A stretch of DNA of 64,000 bases, taken from NCBI GenBank assembly GCA_963666515.2, contig OY762897.2, positions 3,904,001 through 3,968,000 on the forward strand, given 5' to 3'. Source of the stretch: Candidatus Binatia bacterium. Its GTDB lineage: Bacteria; Desulfobacterota; Binatia; UBA9968; JAJDTQ01. Below the pieces are notes generated by a model. The model saw nothing but the letters and a program-made list of their open reading frames with translations, ran no database searches and was not told where the DNA came from. This document shows positions 1-11,000 of the stretch, in pieces (position 1 is the stretch's first letter; every line of letters begins with the position of its first letter). A program made the position numbers and the translations under genes.

Positions 1-3000
1 GCGGTGGACTTCCGCAACCGCCTGAACCGGGGTCTGGCGGGTGAGCACGTGATGTCCAGCACCGCGGTGTTCGACTACGCCAGCCCCGAGGTGCTGGCCC
101 GTCATCTGGCCGAGGCGACCGGGGTGCTCGCCGCCTCAGAGCCGGCGCGGTCGCCGCGGCGCGCGCTGCCGTCGCGGGGGGACGACGCGGTCGCGGTCGT
201 GGGCATGGCGTGCCGTTTTCCGGGAGGGGGCGGCGTCACCGGGTTCTGGCGGCTGCTGGAGTCGGGCGGCGATGCCGTGACCGAGGGCCGCGCGGCTTCG
301 CCGGGCGCGCCGGCGCACGGTCCGGGCGGCGGGTCCGGGCTGGCCCCGGGCGGCTTCATCGAGGGCGTGGATCTCTTCGACGCGGAGTTCTTCCGCATCG
401 GGCCGGCCGAGGCCCGGCTCCTGGACCCGCAGCAGCGGTTGCTGCTGGAGACGAGTTGGGAGGCGCTGGAGTCTGCGGGGATCGGCGCGGACCGGCTCCG
501 CGGCAGCCTTGCCGGGGTGTACGTGGGCATCTCCAGCCACGACTACCTGGACCTGATGATCGCGGCCGGCGCCGAGGACTCCTCCACCCTGTACCTGGCG
601 TCGGGCAACCACGGCAGCACGGCCATCGGCCGGGTGGCGTTCACGCTGGGCTTCGAGGGCCCGGCCGTGGCGGTGGACACGGCGTGCTCGTCTTCGCTGG
701 TGGCGGTGCACCAGGCGGTGTCGGGCCTGCAGCGGGGGGAGGCGGACCTGGCGTTGACGGGCGGGGTGAACGTGCTGCTGTCGCCGGTCATGACGGAGGC
801 CTTCCGCAGCGGCGGGGCGCTGTCTCCGGACGGCCGCTGCAAGACCTTCGATGCGTCCGCGGACGGCTACGTCCGCGCCGAGGGGTGCGGGGTGCTGGTG
901 CTCAAGCGGCTGCGCGACGCCGAGGCGGACGGCGACCGCATATGGGGCGTGGTCCGGGGGTCGGCGACGAACCACGACGGCGCCAGCGCAGGGCTGACGG
1001 TTCCCAACGGGCAGGCCCAGGAGCGGGTGATCGAGGAGGCGCTGGCGCGGGCGGGACTGGAGCCCCGGGAGGTGGACTACCTGGAGGCGCACGGCACCGG
1101 CACGGAGCTGGGGGACCCCATCGAGGTCCACGCGGCTGCCGCGGTGTACGGGGCGGGCCGCGACCCGGCGCATCCGTTGCTGCTGGGGTCGGTGAAGACG
1201 AACATCGGGCACCTGGAGGCGGCCTCGGGGGTGGCGGGACTGATCAAGGTGCTGCTGTCCATGACCCGCGGCGTGATCCCGAAACACCTGCACTTCCACG
1301 AGCCCACGCCGCACGTGGAGTGGGAGCGCCTGCCGGTGCGGGTGGTCTCGGAGCCGGAGGCGTGGCCGCCGGCCGCGGATCGCCCGGCGCGCGCCGGGGT
1401 CAGTTCGTTCGGCCTGTCGGGGACCAACGCGCACGTGGTGTTGGAAGGCTATGGCGCCGTTGCAGCGGCCGGCCCCCGTCATTCCGGCGAAAGCCGGAAT
1501 CCAGTGGCGGGAGGCGCGGGGCCGGCGGTAGCGGTGGGGTGGCCTGAAGGCGCATCGGAGTTTCGTCCTGCGGAGGGGAGTCGTGGTGTAACGGGAACGC
1601 GGGCGCGGCGGCTGCTGCCGCTGTCGGGACGGACGGACGAGGCCCTGCGGGCGCTGGCCGGGCGTTACGTGGAGTGGCTGGAGCAGCGCGCGCCGGCCTC
1701 GGGAGATTCCGATGGCCCGGATTCGGACCCCGCCGGCCTGCTGGCCGACGCCGCCTGGACCGCGGGGGTGGGCCGGAGCCACCTGAGCCATCGCGCCGGG
1801 CTGACCTTCGGCGGGATCGACGAACTGCGCGACAAGCTGGCCGCGCTGGTCTCCGGAGCCGCCCCGGGGACCGTGGGCTCGCGGGAAGGCCGGGGCGCAC
1901 CCGCGGTGGCGTTCCTGTTCACGGGCCAGGGAAGCCAGTGGGCCGGCATGGGGCGGGAGCTGTACGAGAGCGAGCCGGTGTTCCGGGCGGTGCTGGACCG
2001 TTGCGAGCGGGAGGTGCAGGCGCTGCGGGGCGGGTCGCTGCTGGCGGTCATGTTCGGGGATGCGGCCGAGTCGGCGCTGGACGACACCCGCTGGACCCAG
2101 CCGGCGCTGTACGCGCTGGAGAGCGGCCTGGCGGCGCTGTGGCGGAGCGTGGGGGTGACGCCCACCGCGGTGCTGGGCCACAGCGTCGGCGAGATCGCCG
2201 CGGCGTCCGCGGCGGGGGTGTTCTCGCTGGAGGCGGGGCTGCGTTTCGCCGCGTTGCGCGGCGAGTTGATGGCGTCGTTGCCGGCGGACGGGCCGCGGGC
2301 GGGCTCGATGGCCGCGGTGTTCGCGCCGCCGGCCCGGGTCGAGGCGCTGGTGGCGGAGGTGAACGCGGGCGCGGGCAACGAGGGATTGGGCCTGGCCGCG
2401 TACAACGGCGGGCACCAGGTGGTGAGCGGAGGCGCCGGGGCCGTGGACGCGCTGCTGGCGCGGTGCGGCTCGGAGGGAGTCCGGGCCGAGCGCCTGCGGG
2501 TGAGCCACGCGTTCCACAGCGCCCTGATGGATCCGATACTCGACGACCTGGAGGGTCTGCTCGGCGGCGAGGAGGTGTCGCCGCCCGTGGTGGCGCTGGT
2601 GAGCAACGTCACCGGCGGCGTGGTGCGTCCGGAAGACGTGCTCGACGGCGCCTACTGGCGCCGCCACGCGCGCGCGCCGGTGGCCTTCGCCGCGGGGGTG
2701 AGCGCGTTGGCGGAACTGGGCGTGGAGGTGCTGGTGGAGGTGGGGCCGCGGCCGGTGCTGGGAGCGATGGCGGCGCTGGCATGGCCCGCGGATGACGCCG
2801 AGGGTTCCGCGGGAAGGCCGGCGGTGCTGTCGAGCCTGGGACAGGGAGCGGACCGCGGCCCGGCGTCCTTCGTCGAGGCGGTGGCGGCCGCCTATGCCGA
2901 GGGGTTGGAGGTGGCGTTCGAGGGCCTGTTCACCGGGGAGGAACGGCGGCGGGCGCCGTTGCCCACCTATCCGTTCCAACGCCGGCGCTACTGGGCCGAT

Positions 3001-6000
3001 ACCCGCCGGCGTCGAGCCCGCGCCGGGCATCCGCTGCTGGGCGAGGGAGGCGTGTCGGCGCGGGGCGAGATGACCTTTGAGCGGGAGCTGCGCGCCTCGG
3101 AGCCGGAGTGGCTCTCGGACCACCGGGTGTTCGGGCGGGTCGTGGCGCCGGCGGCGCTGTACGGCGCCATGGCGCTGAGCGCGGCGTCCGCAGCCGCGCG
3201 GGCGGGGTCCGGAGGTCCGGGCGCGGTGGTCGAGGACTTGCGGGTCCATGCGCCGCTGGCCCTGCCCGAAGGCGACGGCGGGGACGTTGGGCCCGGCTGC
3301 ACGGTGCAGCTATGGGCGGGCGCCCCGGACGGCTCCCGGCGCCGCTCGGTGGAGATCCACGGCAAGGGTGACGGCGAAGCGGAATGGACGCTGCACGCCG
3401 AGGCCCGGGCGGGATGGGAAGCCCGGCCGCCGGAGGCCGGCGAGACGGACGTGGAGGGACTCAAGGAGCGCCTGTCGGAGGGAGACCCGGCGGCCTTCTA
3501 CCGCACGCTCGCGGCCGCGGGGCTTGATTTCGGGGCGCGGTTCCGCGCCTTGCGGACGCTGTGGCTGGGATCGGGGGAGGCGCTGGCGGAGGTGCGGCTG
3601 CCGGAAGGCCTGGAGGCGGGCGCCGCTGAAGTGCATCCGGTGCTGCTGGACGGCTGTATCCAGGCCGTCGGGGCGGCGTTGCCGGGAGGCGAAGGCGGCG
3701 AGACCTGGCTGCCGGTCGGCTGGGAGCGGTTGTGGGTGAGCGGGCCGTTGCCGGATCGGGTGACGTGCCACGCGCGGCTGCGGCAGGCGTCCGGCGCCGG
3801 CGACCGGGACGCGCCGGGAGAGGCTTTCACCGCGGACCTGTGGCTGTACGGCGAGGACGGCGCGGTGCTGGGCGTGGTGGCGGGCCTGGCGTTGAAGCGG
3901 GCGACGCGGGCGGCGTTCCTGTCGGGCGTGGTCCGGTCGGAGGACCTGCTGTACACGCCGGTGTGGCGGGAGGCCGCGTTCGTGGGCGCGCCGCAGCCCG
4001 CGTTCTTCCTCTCGCCGCCGGAAGCCGCGGCCGCGGAGGCCGGGAGCCTCGCGGCGCGCCTGGAAACGGCGGGGTTGCCGGCGGGCGCGGTTTCGGGCTT
4101 GCAGGAGGACCTGGAGCGCCTGTCGCGGGCGTACGCGGCGGCGGCGCTGGACGGATTGGGGTGGCGGCGTGAGCGCGGGGTGGAGGTGAGGGTTGCGGAG
4201 TTGCGTCAACAGCTCAAGGTGGTGTCGGAGCACGCCGGGTTGTTCGGACGGGTGCTGGCGCTGGCCGCGGATGCGGGAGTGCTGGAGCGGGCCGCGGATG
4301 ATGGGGCCGGGGGTTCGGAGTGGCGCGTGGCGTTGGCCTCGGGGGAGGCGTTGGAGGACGTGGCGCTGGGAGACCCGGCGTCTCTGGCCGCGGCGCTGGT
4401 AGAGCGTCACCGGTCGGGGTCGATGGAGCTGGGGCTGCTGGCGCGTTGCGGCGATGCGCTGGCCGAGGTGCTGCGCGGGCGGGCGGAGCCGCTGGCGCTG
4501 CTGTTCGACGAGGCCGGGCCGAGCGCCGCGGACCTGTACCGGGACGCGCCGGTGGCGCGGGCGGTGAGCGGGCTGCTGGCGGCGCTGGTGGGCGCCGCGG
4601 TGTCGGCACTGCCGGAGGAGCGCCGCCTGCGGGTGCTGGAGGTGGGAGCGGGGACCGGCGGGACCACCGGAGCGATTCTGGGGGCGCTGTCCCGGGGCCG
4701 GTTCGACTACGCCTACACGGACGTGTCCGCAGGCTTCTTCGCGGGCGCGCGGGAGCGTTTCGGGGAGGATCATCCGGGGATGGAGTACCGGGTGCTGGAC
4801 ATCGAGCGGGACCCGGTGGAGCAGGGTTTCAGGGCGCACGGGTACGACGTGGTGGTGGCGGCCAACGTTCTGCACGCGACGCGGGACATGGGCGAGACCC
4901 TGGCGCACTGCCGGGGGTTGCTGGCGCCCGGGGGTCTGCTGGTGGCGTTGGAGGGGCTGGGGGTTCAGGGCTGGCTGGACCTGACGTTCGGGATGCTGGA
5001 GGGTTGGTGGCGTTATGCGGAGGGCGAGGACCGCTACCGGGCGGACTACCCGCTGATGGGGGCTGGGGATTGGCGTCGGGCGTTGGCGGACGCGGGGTTC
5101 GAGGAGGCGGAGGTGCTGGGTGAGGGAGAGGGAGCGCAGCAGGGAGTGATCGTGGCGCGGGGACCGGCGGAGGTGGAGGAGGTCCCGGGGCTGTGGGTGG
5201 TGGCGTTGGACGGCGATGGCGAGGGGATGGAGTTGGCGGCGCGGTTGGCGGAGCGGAATCAACGCGTGGTGACGGTGATGGACGAGCAGGCGGGCGAGGT
5301 GGAGACGGGGGGAGCGCCCGGGGTGGAGTTGTCGCGGCTGGACACGTCGAGCCGGCAGGCGTGGCGCGGACTCCTGGAGGGACTGCCTGGGGAGCCGCGC
5401 CTGCGCGGGGTGGTGCATCTGGCGGCCTTGTCGGGGCACGGCTGCGGCGCGGAAGCGGCGGAGTTGGCCGCGGACGTGGAGCGGGTGCTGCGGAGCGCTC
5501 TGGCGCTGTCGCAGGGGCTGCTGGACGCGGGAGCGCAGCCAAGCGGCGGGCTGTGGATGGTGACGCGCGGAGGGCAGGTGGTGGAGCGGGAGCACGGCGG
5601 CGAGTTGTCGGGGGCGGCGCTTTGGGGGTTGGGGAAGACGGTGTGGTGGGAGGCGGGACAACTGACCCCGCGGCTGGTGGACCTGGACCCGGGTGAGGGG
5701 AGGGGTCTGGACGGACTGGTGGAGGAGTTGCTGTACCCGGACGGTGAGCGGGAGGTGGCGTATCGCGGCGGCAGGCGTCTGGCGCTTCGCCTGGTGCGTT
5801 CCGGGCGCGGTTTGCCGGAAGGGACGGAGTGGCGGCTGGCCGCGGGCGCGGACGGGCTGCTGGCGAGCGTGGGCGCGGAGCGGGCGCCGGCGCGGGCGCT
5901 GGAGGCCGGGGAGTTGCGGGTGGCGGTGGAGGCCGCGGGCCTGAATTTCAGGGACGTGGTGCTGGCCTTGGGTCTGATCGAGAGGGCGCCGTTGGGGGGT

Positions 6001-8004
6001 GAGTTCTGCGGGCGGGTGACGGAACTGGGACCGGGAGTCAGTGGTTTCTCCGAAGGGGACCGCGTGGTGGGGTTTGCGGTGGGGGCGTTGGCGCCGGAGG
6101 TGGTGGCCCGCGCCGGGTTGGTGGCGCGCGCGCCCGAGGGGCTCTCGCCGGAGGGGTTGGCGGCGGCCCCGGTGGTGTTCGCGACCGCGGCGCTGGCATT
6201 CGAGTTGGCGCGGCTTGAGGCGGGGGACCGGGTGCTGGTGCACGCGGGCGCCGGGGGCGTGGGTCTGGCGGCGATCCAGTTGGCGCACGGCATGGGCGCG
6301 GAAGTGTACGCCACCGCCAGCGAGGGCAAGCGGGGATACCTGAGATCGCTGGGAGTGTCGCACGTGTTCGACAGCCGGAGCACGGGGTTCGGGGAGGATA
6401 TCCTGGCGGAGACGGGCGGAGTCGGGGTGGACGTGGTGCTGAACAGCCTGACGGGAGCGGGTTTCATCGAGGCGAGCCTGTCGTGCCTGGGTGAGGGGGG
6501 CCGGTTCGTGGAGATCGGCAAGCTGGGGATCTGGAGCGCGGAGGAGATGAGGACGGCGCGGCCGGACGTGGATTACCACGTGCTGGCGCTGGACGAGTTG
6601 CTGGAGGAGGACCCCGGGCAGGTGGGCCGGGTGTTTCACGAGTTGATGGGACGGATGGAGGCCGGGGAGTTGCGGCCGTTGCCGTGCTCGGTGTGGGGGA
6701 TGGACGAGGCGGCGCCGGCTCTGGAGTGGCTGAGATCGGGCCGCAGCGTGGGGAAGCTGGCGTTGCGGGTGCCGGGGCTGCTGTCGGCGAGGGGTTTGCG
6801 TGAGGACGGGACGTACCTGGTGACCGGTGGCCTGGGCGGAGTGGGTCTGGAGGTGGCGGGATGGCTGGCGGACCGCGGGGCGCGGACCCTGGTGTTGAAC
6901 GGGCGGCGGGCGCCGGACCCGGAGGCGCTGGCGTCGGTCGAAGCGTTGCGGGAACGCGGGGTGGACGTGCGGGTGGAGTTGGCGGACGTGACGGACGGGG
7001 AGGCGGTGGCGGCGATGCTGGCGCGGATGGACGCGGCGCTGCCGCGGCTGGTGGGAGTGTTCCACTGCGTAGGGGTGTTGTCGGACGCGTCGCTGGCGAA
7101 CCAGGACTGGGAACGGTTCGAGCGGGTGCTGTGGCCGAAGGTGCTGGGGGCGTGGCGCCTGCACCGGGCGACCGAGACGCGGGAGCTGGACCTGTTCGTG
7201 CTGTTTTCGAGCGCCACCGGGGTGCTGGGCAACCCGGGCCAGGCGAACCACACCGCGGCCAACGCGTTTCTGGACCAGTTGGCGCGGCATCGCCGGCGCT
7301 CGGGGCTGGCGGCGCAGTCCATCGCCTGGGGGGCGTGGTCCGGCGTGGGCGAGGCCGAGGAGCAGCGCGAGCGGTTCGGCGAGCTTTTCGCCGCCGGCGT
7401 CGGTTGGATGACGCCGGGCCGGGCGCTCGGGGCCCTGGAGAGCGTGGTGCGGCGGGGGACGTCCACCAGCGTGGCGGCGCTGGTGGACTGGGAGACCTAC
7501 GTGGCGGGGGCGAAGCAGGCGCCGGCGCTGCTGGAGGAGCTGGCCGAGCCCGCGGCCGGCGCCGCCGCGGGTTCGGGGGAGGGGTGGCTGGAGTGGCTGC
7601 GGGAGGCGCCGGCTTCGAGGCGCGAGGAGTTGCTGCTGGAGTTCGTGCAGCGGGAGCTGCAGGCGGTGCTGGGGCTTTCGTCGCTGCCGGCGCCGGGAGT
7701 GGGGTTCTTCGACCTCGGCATGGACTCGCTGATGGCGGTGGAGTTCCGCAACCGCCTCAACCGGGGGCTGGCGGGCGAGTACGTGGTCTCCAACACCGCG
7801 GCGTTCGATCACGCCAGCGCCGCGGCGTTGACGCGCCACCTGGCCGCGGCGTTGAAGTTTCCGGGCGACGGCGAGGCGCCGCCCGAGGACGTCTCACCGG
7901 CTGCCGTGTCCGATGGAGAGAAGGAGCGGGTTCGAGACCTGTCGGAGCAGGACTTCATCGAGGAAGCCATGCGGGCGCTCGGAAAGAAACCCGAGCGGCC
8001 GTAG
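1..8004 (+). CDS. Modular type I PKS subunit, 5'-truncated: (ACP end)-KS-AT-DH-cMT-ER-KR-ACP-docking domain (module A)
   Basis: Frame is open from base 1 ([12 protein letters not shown] = ACP helix II), so the start lies upstream. Motifs: KS DTACSSS/HGTGT/NIGHLE, AT GHSVG+HAFH, DH HRVFGRVVAP+[48 protein letters not shown]. Stop TAG at 8002-8004. Confidence 0.96.
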   Translation, partial: AVDFRNRLNRGLAGEHVMSSTAVFDYASPEVLARHLAEATGVLAASEPARSPRRALPSRGDDAVAVVGMACRFPGGGGVTGFWRLLESGGDAVTEGRAASPGAPAHGPGGGSGLAPGGFIEGVDLFDAEFFRIGPAEARLLDPQQRLLLETSWEALESAGIGADRLRGSLAGVYVGISSHDYLDLMIAAGAEDSSTLYLASGNHGSTAIGRVAFTLGFEGPAVAVDTACSSSLVAVHQAVSGLQRGEADLALTGGVNVLLSPVMTEAFRSGGALSPDGRCKTFDASADGYVRAEGCGVLVLKRLRDAEADGDRIWGVVRGSATNHDGASAGLTVPNGQAQERVIEEALARAGLEPREVDYLEAHGTGTELGDPIEVHAAAAVYGAGRDPAHPLLLGSVKTNIGHLEAASGVAGLIKVLLSMTRGVIPKHLHFHEPTPHVEWERLPVRVVSEPEAWPPAADRPARAGVSSFGLSGTNAHVVLEGYGAVAAAGPRHSGESRNPVAGGAGPAVAVGWPEGASEFRPAEGSRGVTGTRARRLLPLSGRTDEALRALAGRYVEWLEQRAPASGDSDGPDSDPAGLLADAAWTAGVGRSHLSHRAGLTFGGIDELRDKLAALVSGAAPGTVGSREGRGAPAVAFLFTGQGSQWAGMGRELYESEPVFRAVLDRCEREVQALRGGSLLAVMFGDAAESALDDTRWTQPALYALESGLAALWRSVGVTPTAVLGHSVGEIAAASAAGVFSLEAGLRFAALRGELMASLPADGPRAGSMAAVFAPPARVEALVAEVNAGAGNEGLGLAAYNGGHQVVSGGAGAVDALLARCGSEGVRAERLRVSHAFHSALMDPILDDLEGLLGGEEVSPPVVALVSNVTGGVVRPEDVLDGAYWRRHARAPVAFAAGVSALAELGVEVLVEVGPRPVLGAMAALAWPADDAEGSAGRPAVLSSLGQGADRGPASFVEAVAAAYAEGLEVAFEGLFTGEERRRAPLPTYPFQRRRYWADTRRRRARAGHPLLGEGGVSARGEMTFERELRASEPEWLSDHRVFGRVVAPAALYGAMALSAASAAARAGSGGPGAVVEDLRVHAPLALPEGDGGDVGPGCTVQLWAGAPDGSRRRSVEIHGKGDGEAEWTLHAEARAGWEARPPEAGETDVEGLKERLSEGDPAAFYRTLAAAGLDFGARFRALRTLWLGSGEALAEVRLPEGLEAGAAEVHPVLLDGCIQAVGAALPGGEGGETWLPVGWERLWVSGPLPDRVTCHARLRQASGAGDRDAPGEAFTADLWLYGEDGAVLGVVAGLALKRATRAAFLSGVVRSEDLLYTPVWREAAFVGAPQPAFFLSPPEAAAAEAGSLAARLETAGLPAGAVSGLQEDLERLSRAYAAAALDGLGWRRERGVEVRVAELRQQLKVVSEHAGLFGRVLALAADAGVLERAADDGAGGSEWRVALASGEALEDVALGDPASLAAALVERHRSGSMELGLLARCGDALAEVLRGRAEPLALLFDEAGPSAADLYRDAPVARAVSGLLAALVGAAVSALPEERRLRVLEVGAGTGGTTGAILGALSRGRFDYAYTDVSAGFFAGARERFGEDHPGMEYRVLDIERDPVEQGFRAHGYDVVVAANVLHATRDMGETLAHCRGLLAPGGLLVALEGLGVQGWLDLTFGMLEGWWRYAEGEDRYRADYPLMGAGDWRRALADAGFEEAEVLGEGEGAQQGVIVARGPAEVEEVPGLWVVALDGDGEGMELAARLAERNQRVVTVMDEQAGEVETGGAPGVELSRLDTSSRQAWRGLLEGLPGEPRLRGVVHLAALSGHGCGAEAAELAADVERVLRSALALSQGLLDAGAQPSGGLWMVTRGGQVVEREHGGELSGAALWGLGKTVWWEAGQLTPRLVDLDPGEGRGLDGLVEELLYPDGEREVAYRGGRRLALRLVRSGRGLPEGTEWRLAAGADGLLASVGAERAPARALEAGELRVAVEAAGLNFRDVVLALGLIERAPLGGEFCGRVTELGPGVSGFSEGDRVVGFAVGALAPEVVARAGLVARAPEGLSPEGLAAAPVVFATAALAFELARLEAGDRVLVHAGAGGVGLAAIQLAHGMGAEVYATASEGKRGYLRSLGVSHVFDSRSTGFGEDILAETGGVGVDVVLNSLTGAGFIEASLSCLGEGGRFVEIGKLGIWSAEEMRTARPDVDYHVLALDELLEEDPGQVGRVFHELMGRMEAGELRPLPCSVWGMDEAAPALEWLRSGRSVGKLALRVPGLLSARGLREDGTYLVTGGLGGVGLEVAGWLADRGARTLVLNGRRAPDPEALASVEALRERGVDVRVELADVTDGEAVAAMLARMDAALPRLVGVFHCVGVLSDASLANQDWERFERVLWPKVLGAWRLHRATETRELDLFVLFSSATGVLGNPGQANHTAANAFLDQLARHRRRSGLAAQSIAWGAWSGVGEAEEQRERFGELFAAGVGWMTPGRALGALESVVRRGTSTSVAALVDWETYVAGAKQAPALLEELAEPAAGAAAGSGEGWLEWLREAPASRREELLLEFVQRELQAVLGLSSLPAPGVGFFDLGMDSLMAVEFRNRLNRGLAGEYVVSNTAAFDHASAAALTRHLAAALKFPGDGEAPPEDVSPAAVSDGEKERVRDLSEQDFIEEAMRALGKKPERP
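1477..1504. repeat. CGTC-tagged REP-like palindrome, short form, in frame in KS-AT linker of module A
   Basis: CGTC ATTCCGGC GAAA GCCGGAAT CCAG; encodes RHSGESRNP. Confidence 0.8.
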
Positions 8005-8019
8005 GCGAGGGCGCCAACC

Positions 8020-11000
8020 ATGAGCCGGTTGGAAGAATACATCGAGCTTTCCAGGGAGTTGCTTGCCGAGTTGAACGTTCGGCAACGCGAAGTCGCCGGG
8101 TTCAGGCAACCCATCGCCATCGTGGGCATGGCGTGCCGGTTCCCGGGCGCTCCGGGCCTGGAGGCGTTCTGGCGGCTGCTGGAGTCCGGCGCCGACGCCG
8201 TCACCGAGGGTCGCGGCAGCGCGCCGGACGGAGGGCCGCGCGCGGAGGTCCCGGAAGCGGCTCACTGGGGCGGCTTCATCGAGGACGTGGAGATGTTCGA
8301 TGCGGATTTCTTCCGCATCGCGCCGGTGGAGGCCCGGCTCCTGGACCCGCAGCAGCGGCTGCTGCTGGAGACGAGCTGGGAGGCGCTGGAGGACGCGGGG
8401 ATCGACGCCGGGCGTCTCAAGGGCAGCCGCACGGGGGTGTACGCGGGGATCGCCAGCCACGACTACATGGACCTGCTGGCCGCGGCCGGCGCCGGGGACC
8501 CGGCCAGCCTGTATCTGGCGTCCGGCAACGCCGGCGCCACCGCCATCGGACGGGTCGCCTTCACGCTCGGCCTGGAGGGCCCGGCGGTGGCGGTGGACAC
8601 GGCATGTTCGTCGTCCCTGGTGGCGGTGCACCAGGCGGTGCTGGGCCTGCGGAACGGCGAGGCCGACCTGGCGCTGGCGGGCGGCGTGAGCGTGATGCTG
8701 TCGCCGCTGCTGACCGAGGCGTTCAGGGCCGGCGGGATGCTGTCGCCGGACGGGCGCTGCAAGACCTTCGACGCCGCCGCGGACGGGTACGTGCGGGGAG
8801 AGGGGTGCGGGGTCGTGGCGCTCAAGCGCCTGAGCGACGCCGAGGCCGCCGGGGACCGGGTCTGGGGGGTGATCCGCGGGTCCGCGGTGAACCACGACGG
8901 CGCCAGCGCGGGACTGACGGTCCCCAACGGCCCGGCGCAGGAGCGGGTGATCGCCGCGGCGCTGAGCCTCGCGGGACTGGAGCCCCGCGAGGTGGACTAC
9001 CTGGAGGCCCACGGCACCGGCACCGAGTTGGGAGACCCGATCGAGGTGCACGCGGCCGCCGCGGCCTACGGCGCCGGTCGTGACCCCGCGCGCCCGCTGC
9101 TGCTGGGATCGGTGAAGACGAACATCGGCCACCTGGAGACCGCGGCCGGGGTCGCGGGCCTGATCAAGGCGGTGCTGTCGATGGCGCGCGGGGTGATCCC
9201 GCCGCACCTGCACTTCCGGAAGCCGAGCCCGCGGGTGGACTGGGAGCGGCTGCCGGTGCGCGTGGTGTCCGGGCCGGAAGCGTGGCCGTCGGGCGAAGGC
9301 CGCCCGGCGCGCGCGGGGGTCAGTTCGTTCGGCTTCTCGGGGACCAACGCGCACGTGCTGGTGGAGGGGTACGGCGCCGTTGCGGCGGCCGGCCCCCGTC
9401 ATTCCGGCGAAAAGCCTGCCCCGTACTTGATACGGGGCCGGAATCCAGTGGCGGGAGGCGCGGGGCCGGCGGTAGCGGTGGGGTGGCCTGAAGGCGCATC
9501 GGAGTTTCGTCCTGCGGAGGGGAGTGGTGGTGTAGCGGGAACGCGGGCGCGGCGCTTGCTGGCGTTGTCCGGAGGCACGGACGAGGCGTTGCGTGCCCTG
9601 GCGGGGCGGTACCTGGAGTGGCTGGACGGGAGCGCAGGGCTCCTGTCTACGTCCGATTCGGAAGATGGGGATGCGGACTCGGTCGTATCCGGGTTGCTGG
9701 CGGACGTGGCGTGGACCGCGGGGACGGGCCGCAGCCATCACGCCCGCCGCGCGGGCCTGACGTTCGCGGACGCGGGAGAGCTGCGCGCCCGGCTCGCGGC
9801 GCTGGCGTCCGGCGGCGGGGAGGTCTCCGGCGCGGCCGTCGAGGCGCCCTCCGGGGCCGCTCCCAAGGTGGCGTTCCTGTTCACCGGCCAGGGCAGCCAG
9901 TGGGCGGGGATGGGCCGGGAACTGTACGAGCGGGAGCCGGTGTTCCGCGCGGTGCTGGACCGTTGCGAGAGCGCGGTGCAGGCGCTCCGGGGGGAGTCGC
10001 TGCTGGACGTGATGTTCGGTGACGCAAACCGCGGGGGCCTGGACGACACCCGCTGGACGCAGCCGGCGTTGTACGCGCTGGAGAGCGGTCTGGCGGCGCT
10101 CTGGCGGAGCGTCGGGGTGATCCCGTCCGCGGTCCTGGGCCACAGCGTCGGGGAGATCGTTGCGGCCCACGTGGCGGGGGTGTTCTCGTTGGAGGACGGT
10201 CTGCGGTTCGCGGCGCGGCGCGGGGAGTTGATGGGATCGCTCCCCGCGGAGGGCTCGATGGCCGCGGTGTTCGCTCCCGCGGATTGGGTGTCCCGCGCGG
10301 TGGCGGAATGGAAGCGCGGTTCGGAGGGAACGGAGCTGAGCGTGGCCGCGTACAACGGCGGGCACCAGGTGGTCAGCGGCGCGGCCGCGGCGGTGGACGC
10401 CTTGCTGGAGCGGTGCGGCCGGGAGGGTCTCCGCGCCGGGCGCCTGCAGGTGCGCCACGCCTTCCACAGCGCGCTGATGGAGCCGGTCCTGGATGAGCTG
10501 GAAGGGTTGCTGGCGGGAGTCGCGGTGTCGCCGCCGGCGGTGGATTGGGTGAGCAACGTGACCGGCCGCGTGGTGGCCGCGGATGAGGAGCTGGCCGGGG
10601 TCTACTGGCGGCGGCAGGCGCGGGAGCCGGTGGCGTTCGGCGCCGGGGTGGCGGCGCTGGCGGAGTTGGGGGTGGGGGTGCTGCTGGAGGTGGGGCCGCG
10701 GCCGGTGCTGGGAGCGATGGCGGCGTTGGCCTGGCCGCCGGCGGCGACGGACGGCGCGGACCAGGGGACCGGCGGGCCGGCGCCCGCGGCGCCGGTGACG
10801 TTGTCGAGCCTGGGGCGGGACGCCGGGGGGGCCGGCGCGGCGTCGCCGGGCGGGGGTTTCGTGGAGGCCGTGGCGCGGGCCTACGAGGCCGGGTTGGAGG
10901 TGAGCTTCGAGGGCCTGTTCACGGGCGAGGAGCGGCGGCGCGTGTCGTTGCCGAGGTATCCGTTCCAGCGGCGGCGCTACTGGGCGGACTCGCGGCGTCG

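Noticed and set aside
4-6. GTG at position 4 as PKS start
   Set aside because: It lies inside an ACP domain just after the expected DSLMA motif; the gene starts upstream of the window.
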